A DNA stretch of 64,000 nt from assembly GCA_965235115.1 (NCBI GenBank), contig OZ249436.1:45572001-45636000 (forward strand). Reading direction: 5' to 3'. Below the pieces are notes generated by a model that worked only from the letters and a program-made list of their open reading frames with translations, did not search any database and had not been told where the DNA came from. The stretch comes from Laetmonice hystrix. Its lineage: Eukaryota. The translations under genes were made by a program, and so were the position numbers. Below are positions 12,901 through 25,600 of this stretch, piece by piece. Each line of letters opens with the position of its first letter. Within the stretch, counting starts at the first letter, position 1.

Positions 12901-14856
12901 GTGTTGTTAAACATGCCAGATAACAGGAGTTAAGCAGTATTACTGCAACATACCTGCAAGAATTGTCAGATCTACTTGATCGATCGCCCAGACCAGTTGG
13001 GACGAGTAGATTTCTGGGGACTAGTAAATGGTCACTAGTGATATAGGCAAGTAGGTTTGTCAAACAGCTTGCAGCTCCTGTATCTATTATTAACACTCTC
13101 TATTATCAACACTATCTATTATCAAAACTGTACTATTATCAATATTGCATCTATCGTCAACATTCCTTGTTCCATTTTGTTGGTCAACTTAACTAAGATG
13201 TGTATTTTTCTTGCAGATTTTGAGCGTTTTGATCGACAAATTGTTAAAGACCCAAGTCATTGAATGCTCCACTGTGGCCAATTGGATATTCTCACCAGAA
13301 ATGGCGCATGATTTCTCAAGGTATTTAGCAGTGTCAAGTAAATGTTATATCAAAACTTCACAGTCTGCAGTTCTAGTGTTTAAAATCAAAGTCCAGCTGG
13401 CAACTAGAAAGTTTATATGACAAGGGAAAGGGCCAAATTCGTTCCTGTCTGAGCATGCACGACTAGGCTGTAACGTAGGACCGGATCGAGAATTGTTTAC
13501 CTTGATGTGATTCCATTATTGTCTTTCAGTTTCTACATCTGGGAGATCATGCACGCGACAGTGAAGAAGATGAACAAACATGTGACGAAGTTACAGAAGG
13601 AAGTGGATGAGGCCCGCGATAAACTAGAGGTTAGTAGAAGGGTCAGCGCCAGTAGAAGTCCCTCGCCATCACTGAATCGCATACCTCCTCATGTAGTTAT
13701 TACAAAATCTTATTTTCTTAACTTACAGAATATCAAAGCACTCGAGTTACTTTTTTGATGGCCTAGTGATCGTAAGTTTTCTAATATTTTACCTAAATGG
13801 ATTATGTGGCTGTGGTATGGTTTCTGTATAAATAAAAACCTATTGTGTGTGTTTTCTATTGCTAGGCAGGAGAGGCGATGGACATTGACAATAAAGGGGA
13901 CTCGGCGCCTACAGAAGAAATGATCGAGAGCATGGAAGAAAGACTGGAGTCGGCACAAAGTGAACAAAAAAATCTGTTCTTGATCGTGTTCCAGGTTCGT
14001 TTCTTTTCTGGTCAAAGATAAGCAAATAAATATTTGGTCTACTGCTGTCGGTTAAACCAATAAGTTTGTGATGGAACTTCTTCCATTGATACAGTATCAA
14101 GATGGCATCTGGTTTGTCTGGCTCAAAGTAAACCTTGTAAAATAAATATTACAATGATATGATTAAGTTTAGGATGTTGGAATGAAGGGAGGTTGTCAGA
14201 TGACTGACAGACCTCATGTCCTGCTTGCAGCGATTTATTATCATCTTAACGGACCATCTGGCTCGTTGTGAGGCAGAGGGTCTGGATTACAACACTCCTT
14301 GGTACAAGTGGGTCATAGAACGCCTCCAACAAGTGTTCCTGCAGGTAAGAGCCATGCCCACTGACCGATACTGTACAACAGTTGATTATAACACGAAGAA
14401 AGATTAGCCAATTTCTAATGTGGACTATTTAGTTGGCATATCTTCATAAGATTGGAGATGATCCATTGCATCGGCCCGCATGTTAGTTTTACTCTAGAAA
14501 TTTAGTGGCATAATCTTGAAATTTCCTATCTAAAATAATTTCATAAAATTTGTTGTTATGCAGTGCCTGGACTATCAAACCGCTGTCCCTGCTGTATTAA
14601 ATATAAAATATTCTGTTGAATTTAAAAACCAGACAAAGAATTGATTATTTTCCATGAAAACTCTAGCCAGAATTGATTATTTCCATAGAATCCAATTTGA
14701 AAAACCAAATCGTGTTATCTCATACATATCTCCTTGTTTCAGCATCACGAACAGGTATACAAATACATCCAGACGTTGGAGACGCTACTCTTCACCAGCG
14801 AAATCGACATCCACATCCTTGAAGTATTCCAACAGTTCTGTGCTCTCCGATCATGA
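3914..14856 (+). CDS. NCBP1: Nuclear cap-binding protein subunit 1 (CBP80), about 785 aa, 21 coding exons
   Basis: Exons 3914-3953, 6240-6328, 6584-6684, 7266-7422, 7597-7704, 8048-8169, 8448-8517, 8810-9025, 9343-9440, 9676-9739, 10012-10122, 10689-10753, 11114-11251, 11431-11654, 12297-12396, 12659-12752, 13217-13320, 13530-13629, 13866-13994, 14231-14344, 14743-14856 join in frame. Peptides [72 protein letters not shown] and [12 protein letters not shown] match CBP80 as I recall it. Confidence 0.96.
5062..5329. mobile_element. TIR-bounded element with an internal TAACCC-like tract
   Basis: GCGGGCGGTCACAGCAGGATACGGCCGCCGACAGTAAACGGC is an imperfect inverse of GCCATTTGTTGTTGGCGGCCGGATCCTGTATGCACCGCCGC. 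The middle has CTAACCCTA/CTTAACCCTA repeats. Confidence 0.6.
6860..7286 (+). repeat. 43-bp minisatellite, about 10 copies, whose unit spans the NCBP1 exon 4 acceptor
   Basis: Unit TTTTCCATGGATTGTTTGCAG|TGTTGTAA(TGATA/AGATG)CCTGAGAAA. The last copy runs into coding sequence (CVVKMPEK). Confidence 0.95.
8586..8690 (+). repeat. 30-bp tandem repeat, about 3 copies, NCBP1 intron 7
   Basis: ATGACTAGAAGGGATGCATAGAACACTTAC repeated. Confidence 0.9.
10123..10688 (+). other. U12-type (minor spliceosome) GT-AG intron of NCBP1
   Basis: 5' splice site GTATCCTT at 10123-10130. Branch-site-like TTCTTGAC at 10671-10678, about 10 nt before the AG, with no polypyrimidine tract. Flanking exons join as [12 protein letters not shown]. 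Confidence 0.88.
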
Positions 14857-15207
14857 GGGGCCACCACTTTATGACAGACCTCAAGGAAGTTATCACCAGC
14901 CAGTGTTGTGACACAATTCAGTGGTGTTTTAACAAGGCTGTCTGGAAATGTATTTGATATTTTTCCTGATTTCTGGTACAACAGAAAGATATAGTTTCTG
15001 AAAGGTGTGTTCAGTGACATCGGTGTATCTTTCCCATTTGAAATGAGAGTACTGGTAATGTTTATGTGTCAGACTTAAGTATACCAAAAGAATCTCCTGC
15101 AGGATTGACACTACAATCGTACATGTATGAAATCATAAATATTTGTATGAAAAGATGAAAGTTTTTGTAAATATGTGGGTCCATGGCTTTGGTCTCAAGT
15201 TGAACAA

Positions 15208-16275
15208 GAAACCTGGTCCTGGGGCAGACACAGACTGACTGAACGTTTAGGACACTGTGAAACCTGGTCCTGGGGCAGACACAGACTGACTGAACGTTTA
15301 GGACACTGTGAAACCTGGTCCTGGGGCAGACTGACTGAACGTTTAGGACACTGTGAAACCTGGTCCTGGGGCAGACTGACTGAACGTTTAGGACACTGTG
15401 AAACCTGGTCCTGGGGCAGACACAGACTGACTGAACGTTTAGGACACTGTGAAACCTGGTCCTGGGGCAGACTGACTGAACGTTTAGGACACTGAAACCT
15501 GGTCCTGGGGCAGACTGACTGAACGTTTAGGACACTGAAACCTGGTCCTGGGGCAGACACAGACTGACTGAACGTTTAGGACACTGTGAAACCTGGTCCT
15601 GGGGCAGACTGACTGAACGTTTAGGACATTGTGAAACCTGGTCCTGGGGCAGACTGACTGAACGTTTAGGACACTGTGAAACCTGGTCCTGGGGCAGACT
15701 GACTGAACGTTTAGGACACTGTGAAACCTGGTCCTGGGGCAGACTGACTGAACGTTTAGGACACTGTGAAACCTGGTCCTGGGGCAGACTGACTGAACGT
15801 TTAGGACACTGTGAAACCTGGTCCTGGGGCAGACTGACTGAACGTTTAGGACACTGTGAAACCTGGTCCTGGGGCAGACTGACTGAACGCTTAGGACACT
15901 GTGAAACCTGGTCCTGGGGCAGACTGACTGAACGTTTAGGACACTGTGAAACCTGGTCCTGGGGCAGACTGACTGAACGTTTAGGACACTGTGAAACCTG
16001 GTCCTGGGGCAGACTGACTGAACGTTTAGGACACTGTGAAACCTGGTCCTGGGGCAGACACAGACTGACTGAACGTTTAGGACACTGTGAAACCTGGTCC
16101 TGGGGCAGACTGACTGAACGTTTAGGACACTGTGAAACCTGGTCCTGGGGCAGACACAGACTGACTGAACGTTTAGGACACTGTGAAACCTGGTCCTGGG
16201 GCAGACTGACTGAACGTTTAGGACACTGTGAAACCTGGTCCTTGGGCAGACTGACTGAACGTTTAGGACACTGTG
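15208..16275 (+). repeat. 45/51-bp minisatellite, about 23 copies, just downstream of the NCBP1 stop codon
   Basis: Unit GAAACCTGGTCCTGGGGCAG(ACACAG)ACTGACTGAACGTTTAGGACACTGT. Confidence 0.95.
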
Positions 16276-17973
16276 CTGTAGCGTGGGATACTGGCAGGAG
16301 TCTCATGTTTAGTGTGTACACTCACGAGAGGAGTTGGTAGTTGATCATCAGTTCTGACACCATTACTACAGTCAGGTCACTAGTAGCCAGTAGGATGTCA
16401 CAGTTCTTGACACTGTCATGACCAGATGCTCCGGGAGCTTTTTGTGAGTGAGGGACTTTAATATAGGACAGCTGTCAACCTCTTGCAGAACAGTGGCAGT
16501 GGGACTATAGGACAGCTGTCAACCTCTTGCAGGACAGTGGCAATTGTACCACCATGGATAGTGAAGAACAAAGACAGCCAGACTGTAAATACAATGGCTG
16601 TTGTACTGTAGCCTAGCAGTAGCCCATCACAGCAGGACAGCAAGTTAATAAAGTCCTAATGATAGCACCCTAACACCTCCAATTCACCCTTGCAACGTAC
16701 TTGTAGATCCTTCCTTTTTTAAAGAAAAATTGGTAATATTATTTGGCAAGGACTTCGTAATGAAGTTGTGAATCATTTTGAAGTTTCCACTCCGTCCATT
16801 TTTGAACCTGAATGGTTGCATGGATGCCTTGAGTACGTTACCATGGTTATGTAGTTCACAGGACAGACCTGGATAACCAAGAGAAAACATGCAAACAATA
16901 TATTTCATAGCTTTTATTCCTGACTTGTAAAGGGAGATTAAGGTTTTTATCCAGACAAATGGAATTTCAAATTACATACCTGTTAATCACAATTTAAGTG
17001 TTCATTTTTTCGTCACCATCTGAATGCAAAATACTACCAGTAATTACATAGCGAATGGAATGTCCACCATCAGAAGACGCGCCTGGTTTACGAGTGAGGC
17101 CATGCGTCCTATAACTGAAACTTGTACCCACATGACCAGTGTGATTGATAAAGGCACTAATTGAGTCAGCAAAACTAAACTTAGAGACGAAGACCAATGC
17201 TATTGAAGAACCTATTGTTATTGATAACTACATGTACACCACAATGTTAAGTTCACATGTACTGTAGCAATGTTGGAGCGTTTGGGGACAGCGATTGCAA
17301 TTTGCACTCGCCTCATGATAAACTGTAGAATGAAAATGAGACACCTTTATTTTGTTGTATGTACATTTACTGCGGCAGATAAGCTCTTCCAAATAAAAGC
17401 TTTTATTTCAAGAGATACAAATTTGTGCACTTATTCTTTCACAGAATCTGTACTAATAACTGCAGCGTTTCTGCAATCAGATTAATTAATTAATTAAATT
17501 TTTGAAAACTGCAGCTTTCCAAATGTCTGGAAATAATGTCATCCCAACTTCAGGCAGAGGTCTATTAATATGTGACAATCAATCTGAACTTTAAAGTCCA
17601 ACGTCGAGATCCATCATGTCTCAGCAAATTGAATTCTTAAAATGAGACGGCACTTAGTGGCATTCTGCCAACGTACACCTTGCCTCCGGCAGATTAAGAA
17701 GTCGCATTAATTAAAAAAAAGGCAGGTTTTAACTTATGTGACTACTTAAATTTTATTAGATTCCACTTGGTTGTTTGGCTGTTATCAAGTGTGCCATAAG
17801 TCTACTGGCATGGAGCCTCACTGCAGGATCCAGTATAACGTTGTCAATGTCTTGACAATTACCGGGGGTATCTCCTTAATCTGAGCCATGTTATCCTGTA
17901 AATCTCACTCTCTCATAATACCATTCCCAATTTCTCCTGGACTTAGTGAAGCTATATTAATTGACCTCTAAAT

Positions 17974-18772
17974 TCAAAAGTCTATAACTCTCCCTTTTCG
18001 TTCCCAGTCACCATATCGGGTGGGCTCTGGACCTTTTGGTCCACCAATTTCTCCTGTCTCTGGGTTTGTATTGTCAGGGAACGGTGCATAGACCTCTTCT
18101 TCACTTAACACTGGCCGCTCCTGTGGCTGCATCTTGTCACTCTTCCCTTCCCACTTGTCATCCAACCGACCTATCGGCGTCTTCCCTTTACGCACACCTC
18201 CCTTAGCCTCTGAATCTTCATCACTGGCATCAATACTTTTGTAACATTGTTGTATCACTGTTGTTGACCGAATTCCAAACAAACCTGCAATGCGTAGAAA
18301 AATCGATTGGTTTTAATTTAAAGGAGTAACGTTACATGTACATGTACATATTGCAATAGCTGTGAGCAATGGAATAAATTTACCAATATTTAGTCCCAAT
18401 CTGTTTATTGGCAGTGAATCCGGTAGGTGTCTGCCAGATTATACCAACATTTTGATAGCCGTACAAGTAAGTAGGCACATACATGCACCTACTTCCCAAC
18501 TTGGCCTTGGGCAGGGACAGGGTCAGGGGTATAAATTCACGAGCCTCTGCTCTGTGACGAGGACTGCTGACAGCTGTGTTACATCATAGACATAGAATCA
18601 CTAACGTTATGGAGTATGGACCTATGGTTACATCACATTCACAGTACCCAGGACCAGTAGCATCGCATAAACCCGGTCTAGTAACACATTGTCACCTACC
18701 GTTGAGCCTAGATGACCGACGTATCAATGAAACACATGCACATTTGCTTATCCCAAAAACTGCCATAGCCAT
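17974..18772 (-). CDS. SDHAF4: Succinate dehydrogenase assembly factor 4 (Sdh8/DUF1674), about 127 aa, 2 exons
   Basis: Exons 18772-18700 and 18284-17974 (phase 1). C-terminus [36 protein letters not shown] is the SDHAF4 signature. The Arg/Ser-rich N-terminus resembles a mitochondrial presequence. Confidence 0.93.
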
Positions 18773-18779
18773 TCTCTGA

Positions 18780-19150
18780 CTCTGTCTCTGTCACTCATGT
18801 GTCAAGTTTGTTGTTGCTTCGGTGCAGTCTCGAAGGGCAAGGTCATTCTACCGACGCATGACGAGAAGTAGGGAGTGTTCCCCCCACCCGAACTCCAAGG
18901 ACTGTGTTAAAACTTGCTTCCCAATTTATTTCCGTGTTAAAAGCTATTCCAATTACGTTTTAATTATTTTATCAATTATCAAATAATTTTAATTATAAGC
19001 AGAATTTCTGGAAGTTTGCTTTATTTTACAACCAATGGTAAGCCAGTTGGCGATGAGACCGCCCCACAAGAGACATCCGGGCTACGTCATATTTCATGGC
19101 GCTCAGGTTTGAGAAGATGGCGATCATAATGGAATAAACTTTGAGGTATG
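18780..19150. promoter_or_regulatory. Probable bidirectional promoter of SDHAF4 and a + strand non-coding first exon (possibly HAUS6 5' UTR)
   Basis: CpG-rich patch with TACGTCA and the YY1-like AAGATGGCG at about 19113, and a GAG|GTATGT donor at 19146/19147. Confidence 0.4.
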
Positions 19151-20494
19151 TTTTCTCATTGATCTTTTTCGCGTAGACTGTTTCAGCAAAGCGTTAGACA
19201 ACATCTTTCTGAACAATTGAGTGTACAGCTTAATGTATGTTTTTAGACTTCACGATGTCTTGATAACTTTCTCCCGCTGCCTTTGCGGATTTGTTTGAAA
19301 GTGGGACAGGCTGTGACAAGCGGGTTTCCCACGGTAGTGACGTTCGTAACTTCATCATGCTCCAGGATGCCCATCGTTTGGATTTTTTGAGGGTGTTAGT
19401 ACTAGTTTGCGCAGTATCAGAAAACCAATAGATACATGCAATACCAATTTACATTCTTATTCTGCGCTGTCAGGACAGGGCAATGCCAGAGCCAAACTGC
19501 CAAACCAAAGGGCAAAGGCAATGGCAGGCGGTGACAATCAAAACAGTCTTGTGTTATTCTTGAATCAAAATAAATAATGTTTTTAAATTAGGCTAGTAAA
19601 ACCAGAAGACACAAAACAATGTATGTAAACATGGTCACTCACCCGATCAACAACAGTCGTCACTCGTGATGAATGTGACCAAGGCAAGGGCAGGGGCTAC
19701 TCCAACAAGCCAGAGTCTGATATCTGATATGTGGTCTGTATCAGACTCTGGCAGTTGAATCGAAAAAGCGCGTGGCAACCGCATTGCACGTTCGACTGAC
19801 CGGGGTTCGCGTCGTTCGGCGACTGATAACTTCCTTTTGGGATCACTCCGGGTGGTAAAACTTGCCAAGTAGATACAAAAGATATTAATGTATGATTCAC
19901 GGTGATGTGTTGCGTTGTGGTCTTTATAAAGCATACTTTTGTGCATGGTTTTGCCTGTTCTCTTTGCACACACAACCGTCGAACGGAAGTATAGCCATGT
20001 TGGATTGACTGATTGGTCATGAACATATGAATTGTTATGTGGCCGCCAGGCGGAACGAACCACGCAGATTCCCAGCCAGCGTGGTGCTGTTCACTTCCTA
20101 TTGCGATTCCACTTTTACCAGAAACATGCCCATGACGTCACCGCTAGCCAAATTCGAATCAAGATGGCGACAGATTCATCGACGATTTCAGAGAGGGTTG
20201 CAAACGACAGCCGCACACGAACTCAGTATTAATCAACATACCCCAATAATGGTGTGAAGAGAGAGAAAAAGGTGTCTGCTGTCACCGGTAGAGTCAGTTA
20301 GTGTAATGAGTCAGTCGTAGTGAGTGAGTGAAGCCGGTGAAGTTTGCCACGGGGGTAGGCGTGGCAAGGTGCCACTGGATTTGAAAGCTTAACTCCTAGA
20401 CCCTGTTGACAACAAACTAGCAGAAACAGGGTCTAGGTTCCTGGACTAGGGCAGGGGCAAGGTTAGCCTCTCATATAGCTATAGGCCGTGTGTA

Positions 20495-20911
20495 CGGTGT
20501 CTGGACGTTTCGAGCGCGAACCAGTTCGAGCGCCGGCCACTTCGAGCGCCGACGCCGACCACTTCGAGCGCGACTATTTCACAACTCGGCCTGTATTTCA
20601 CAAGTTCCGTTCTCAGAAGTCAGCAAGAATTGTATCCCTATCTTTCGTATGATGATATTACTAGTGGCCATTAGTCATATTGCGACACTGACAGTGACAG
20701 TGTCCTCCCTACGGCCGCTCGAACGGGGCCGCGCTCAACTGGCCGCGCTCAGCGGTCTCGATCGAAATCTACCCCCGACGAGCGGGCGTAGCACGCGGGC
20801 GGCTCCGCCGACGGAGGCCCGCTCAACTGGTCGGTGCTCAAACTGGTTCGCGCTCGAACTGGCAATGGAGCGGCGCTCGAACTGGTACGCGCTCGAAACG
20901 TCCTGGGACCG
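20495..20911. mobile_element. MITE with CGG...CCG termini, ~40-bp imperfect TIR and 4-bp TSD (TGTA)
   Basis: Left end CGGTGTCTGGACGTTTCGAGCGCGAACCAGTTCGAGCGCC; right end GGCGCTCGAACTGGTACGCGCTCGAAACGTCCTGGGACCG. TGTA at 20491-20494 and 20912-20915. Subterminal TCGAGCGC repeats. Confidence 0.8.
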
Positions 20912-22622
20912 TGTACCTGTCTAGCGAACGGGCTACGAAAACAAACGTTCAAAGCGCAGAGTGAATGTGCTAGCGCACCTCTTCCATCACTTCAAATAAA
21001 AGATTGCCTTAACCTTCAGCTACTGAGCCCAATGAACTTACTTGGTGTTCCTCTAAGCAACAGATTCGGCCCATTTTCCAAACCAAGCGACCACTTTCCA
21101 TAGTCTTACAACCGGCGCCATTTTTTTAAACCCACATCCGGGGTCAAGCTCACGAAGGGAGCAGTCATTTCAGACGTTGGCTATTAGTTTGGCGCCATAA
21201 TGGAGGAATTGCTGTTTGGTCTAGAATAATGAATGTTCCCCTGCTGGTTGCCAGTGCACATGTTTTGAACATGCGCAGTAGAACAAACAGTATGGCGGCT
21301 AACGGCAGTGAACCAGCGCGATTCGGAATTTCGAAAGTCTGATTTATTAAAACATTGGGCAAAAATCCTCGGAAAAGTGTGCAGCAGAGGAACAGAAGAT
21401 GGGCTGCGTTAGAATTGACACCTCAACTGGCAGTAGTTACGATGGATTTTGCACAGCGAGTGATTGACATAGGAGGTAGGGTTTTTCGCGTTAACGCTGT
21501 CCGTCCCTACACTGGGACGACACTCCGTCCAGGGCAAGGTGAGAGGTGTGACAAGAAAAGCACCAAGCAAGACAAATATCATTTGGCAGGGAATCTTTGC
21601 CTGTGGAGGCTTGTGTTGTGGCCTTGGCTTGGAGTTGGAATCCCAACTTTGACATTATCGTTATAAGAACACCATCCAAGTAATTTTCAATGACTTTCTC
21701 ATATTTTATTAATTCCATGGAAATCATTGTTTCACACTTACAGACCAATAACTAAAGGTGCATCGTGAAAGAAAAAACTTGTGGAGATAGCCTGTTGAAT
21801 ATTTGGGTCACATGTCTTTTTCAGATCACTCTGTATAAAATTATACTTTTGACTTTTCTGAGCCTTCAGCCCACCATACACTATCACGACTTTGCCCGAC
21901 TCGCGACTGACCACTGTAACTCTCAAGACCAAACCCCCATAGTGCCATACACTCACGATTATTGGCTAAGTTTGGCTCCCGATCCATGCAGTGTGGATGG
22001 CCAGGAGGGACCGACAACAGTCGACCGTAATCCGGAACCATGCACACTGTCCCGATTTTTGTCAACTGCCGCCGAGCCACTTGGTTCCCGATTTGTTTTT
22101 CGAATCGACTACAATTTGCTCGAACTGCGGTCGGAAGCAGTTGGTAACCATGGTTACCGACTCGAGTTTGGCAATATCGGGAAGTGTATGGCAGGCTTTT
22201 GTTATAATATGTCCATCATTCATCTCCCCAGTTTTTAGAGTACCCAGTTGAGGTTATTTTTGCCTAGCAAAGGTTGATGAAGAAGGGTTTACTTAAGGAG
22301 AAACCATGATTTTCCTTTTCACTATGATCAAGTGTCAGATATACCGGTATTTATCCTCTTTGCAGAATCTCTAAGCATAAAACTTTTACCAAATTATTAA
22401 TTAATTTGTTCTGCCCATGTCTATCATGTATAGCTGAAGTTTAGTTTATTATGATAGGCTCCTGATTTCCTGATTTTCATTTGTGATATGAGCTAGGTGG
22501 CTGGTGTTTCAAGGCAAGGTATGTTTGAGATTGGATAATATTTAATATAACTACTTAAGCCAGTATGGTAGGTGAAGAGAATCATTTTATTTTCAGGAAT
22601 TGGGGCTGAAACAAAGGCAAAC

Positions 22623-25600
22623 ATGGCTGACATACTTAGCGTGCGCAAGTTATTCTTCACCAATGTACAGATGCTGGGGTTGGACCCAGTCTCAATGGAG
22701 CGCAAGTGTAGGATACCATTCAACAGGTACTATGACATGATTGGTTCCCACAGTCATGGAAATCCATGACAGTTTTATGAATATTTTAATAAAAACTAAA
22801 TCGCGAATGGGTTAAGAATCATACCACAATATTTGTATCAATTTGTCAACTCAAGGACTGCATCTTCACTGAGAACTCTTATCACTGAAAGCTATCCAAA
22901 TCAAACAATTATAAAAATACCTTTGAATCTAAAGGAAATGTGATTGAGAAAGTAAGTCAGTTGACTATTTGAAAATTTGTAGTTCTTGATCAGCCTGGTT
23001 GTCAAACAAACATACATGTGCCAGATACTTTGGTTTTGTTTGGTTGTACTGAAGAGATAAGAATGGGAGTAGAATTGTTTGGGTTTGGCAATGGCATCAA
23101 TTGACAGAACATGAGATGAGATTGGTGGCTTTATCTTTTTTATTGTGATAAGTTACTGTGAACTCACCCTGCCATTTATATTGCAGTACACATTTACTTG
23201 TTTTGCATTTCATATTTAGGCCAGAATATTTTTACTTTGTTCCAAAAAAATATATTATAATGAGATGAGGGCGCAGCAAATAACTATGTGCCTTTATCAA
23301 TTTATGTTAAACAGCTACAATTAGTTAGTAGTATGCAAATAAATTTTGTTTAGGCCAGTGGTGGAGAAAACCGCCTTGTTAAAGTTGTATGATTTGCAGA
23401 GTTGCGTTTGAGGTTGTACAAATATTTTTTGTCGTCATTTTTTAGGGATATGTTTGTTCATCCTAACAAGAAAGGCTTTGAGGAGATTATGTATTTCCTG
23501 TTTGGTCGTTTGAATGAGGTGATGTGCAGACAGCAGTTCAGGTGAGTCTGGTTCTCACAACAGTGACCTACTGACCTCTTCACTTGACAGGTCAATATGT
23601 CACTTGGGCTCTCAGGGCATTTATTGTACATAGTAGACCAATGTTGACCATTTCAATCAATGTTGACTTTTTCTATAGTAGACCATTTCAATCAATTTCA
23701 ATCAATGTTTAATCATAGTTTCCTTTACTTGTGTGAAGCAGAAAAACTTGTCCAAAGACAGAACTTTCTAGACATAATTTAATACTTACTAATATTTTAC
23801 CAGCTTGAAAATCTGTTTTCTGCCTAAATTGTAGGGATTGTTGGCCAGTTCTTGACAAAAAGCAGGAGCAACATTTCCGGAAAGTGTGCAATGACTGGCT
23901 CCACTCGATAGCTGCAGTAAGTGGAATGACAAAAGAAAAAGAATGTTTTTATAATATTATTGTTTCTAAAACATCCTAGAATCAGTACAAAGGTTAAAAC
24001 CAAATGGAATGATACAAGACAGTACATGTCACGTTATGTTGCTATGACATTCAATGTAACTACATGGTTGTGTTGCTATGACATTCACTGGTTGTGTTGC
24101 TATGACATTCAATATGACTATGGTCATGTTGCTATGGCATTCAATGTGACTATATGGTTGTGTTCATATGATATTCAATGTGACTGGTTGTGTTGCTGTG
24201 ACATTCAATGTGACTATGGTTGTGTTGCTATGACATTCAATGTGACTGGTTGTGTTGCTATGACATTCAATGTGACTATGGTTGTGTTGCTATGGCATTC
24301 AATGTGACTATGGTTGTGTTGCTATGGCATTCAATGTGACTATGGTTGTGTTGCTATGACATTCAATGTGACTATGGTTGTGTTGCTATGACATTCAATG
24401 TGACTGGTTGTGTTGCTATGACATTCAATGTGACTATGGTTGTGTTGCTATGACATTCGATGTGACTATGGTTGTGTTGCTATTACATTTGATGTGACTG
24501 GTTCTGTTGCTATGACATTCCATGTGACTATGGTTGTGTTGCTATGACATTCCATGTGACTATGGTTGTGTTGCTATGACATTCAATGTGACTATGGTTG
24601 TGTTGCTATTACATTCAATGTGACTATGGTTGTGTTGCTATGACATTCAATGTAACTATTGTTGTGTTGCTATGACATTCAATGTGACTATGGTTGTGTT
24701 GCTATGACATTCAATGTGACTGGTTGTGTGGCTATGACATTCAGTGTGACTGGTTGTGTTGCTGTGATATTCAATGTGACTGGTTGTGTTGCTATGACAT
24801 TCAATGTGACTATGGTTGTGTTGTTATGACATTCAATGTGACTGGTTGTGTTGCTATGACATTTGTGACTATGGTTCTCTGACAGGAGGACAGTGAAGCA
24901 AACCTTCCCCGTATTGTGGCATCACTATTCATGTCACCTGGCGGAGACAAGTTCTACCTTCTCCTCATGTACTTCTCCGCTTACGTCCTCAAGAAAACGA
25001 TGCAGCATGAAAATGGTCAGTTGAATACAAGAGTTTCAGATCCCCTATGCTCTGTAGGATTCAGTTCTTGCTTTCGACTGACCTTACTTTGAAGACCTCA
25101 GATGTCTTATTAATTCATACACAGCTAGAAACCAAGCATCACCAATGATCTGAAACTTTTCAATAAGCCATTTGATTAGGTAGAAGGAAGTTTCAGGAGA
25201 AAGGAGTGGCCTGTACTTGGTTTAAAACCTTGTTAACCTAACAACCATCTCATTCTGCTATCGATTGTTACATCAGGCGTGAAGAGTCATGAGTTCTTGC
25301 GCTGGCCACGGTTGACCAAGCAATGTGAAAGCATGAGTGCTGCCATGTACAAAGTCGTCCAAGCGTCCACCATACGCAGACGGAAGAATTTTCTTGACCA
25401 TGTCCAGCAGACAGTGGCCATTCAAAGGGAGTGGAGGATCTATGCCAGGTGAGTCAATAAATTATGTCTCTAGTTAAAACAAGTTACCAATTATACAAGT
25501 GGTATCGGTGGAACTGGGTCGTTTCAATCACAATCTAACATGTATACAAGTAGTGTATGTTACCTAAAATAGCTGTCTTGTGAAGGACTGGTTTCTATTG

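Noticed and set aside
15527..16321. 264-aa ORF of QDQVSQCPKRSVSLP repeats
   Set aside because: Translation of a minisatellite. Near-identical units with frame-breaking deletions nearby and no sign of coding constraint.
19647..20063. 138-aa minus-strand ORF
   Set aside because: Non-ATG start, no recognisable motif, and located in a promoter-like region.
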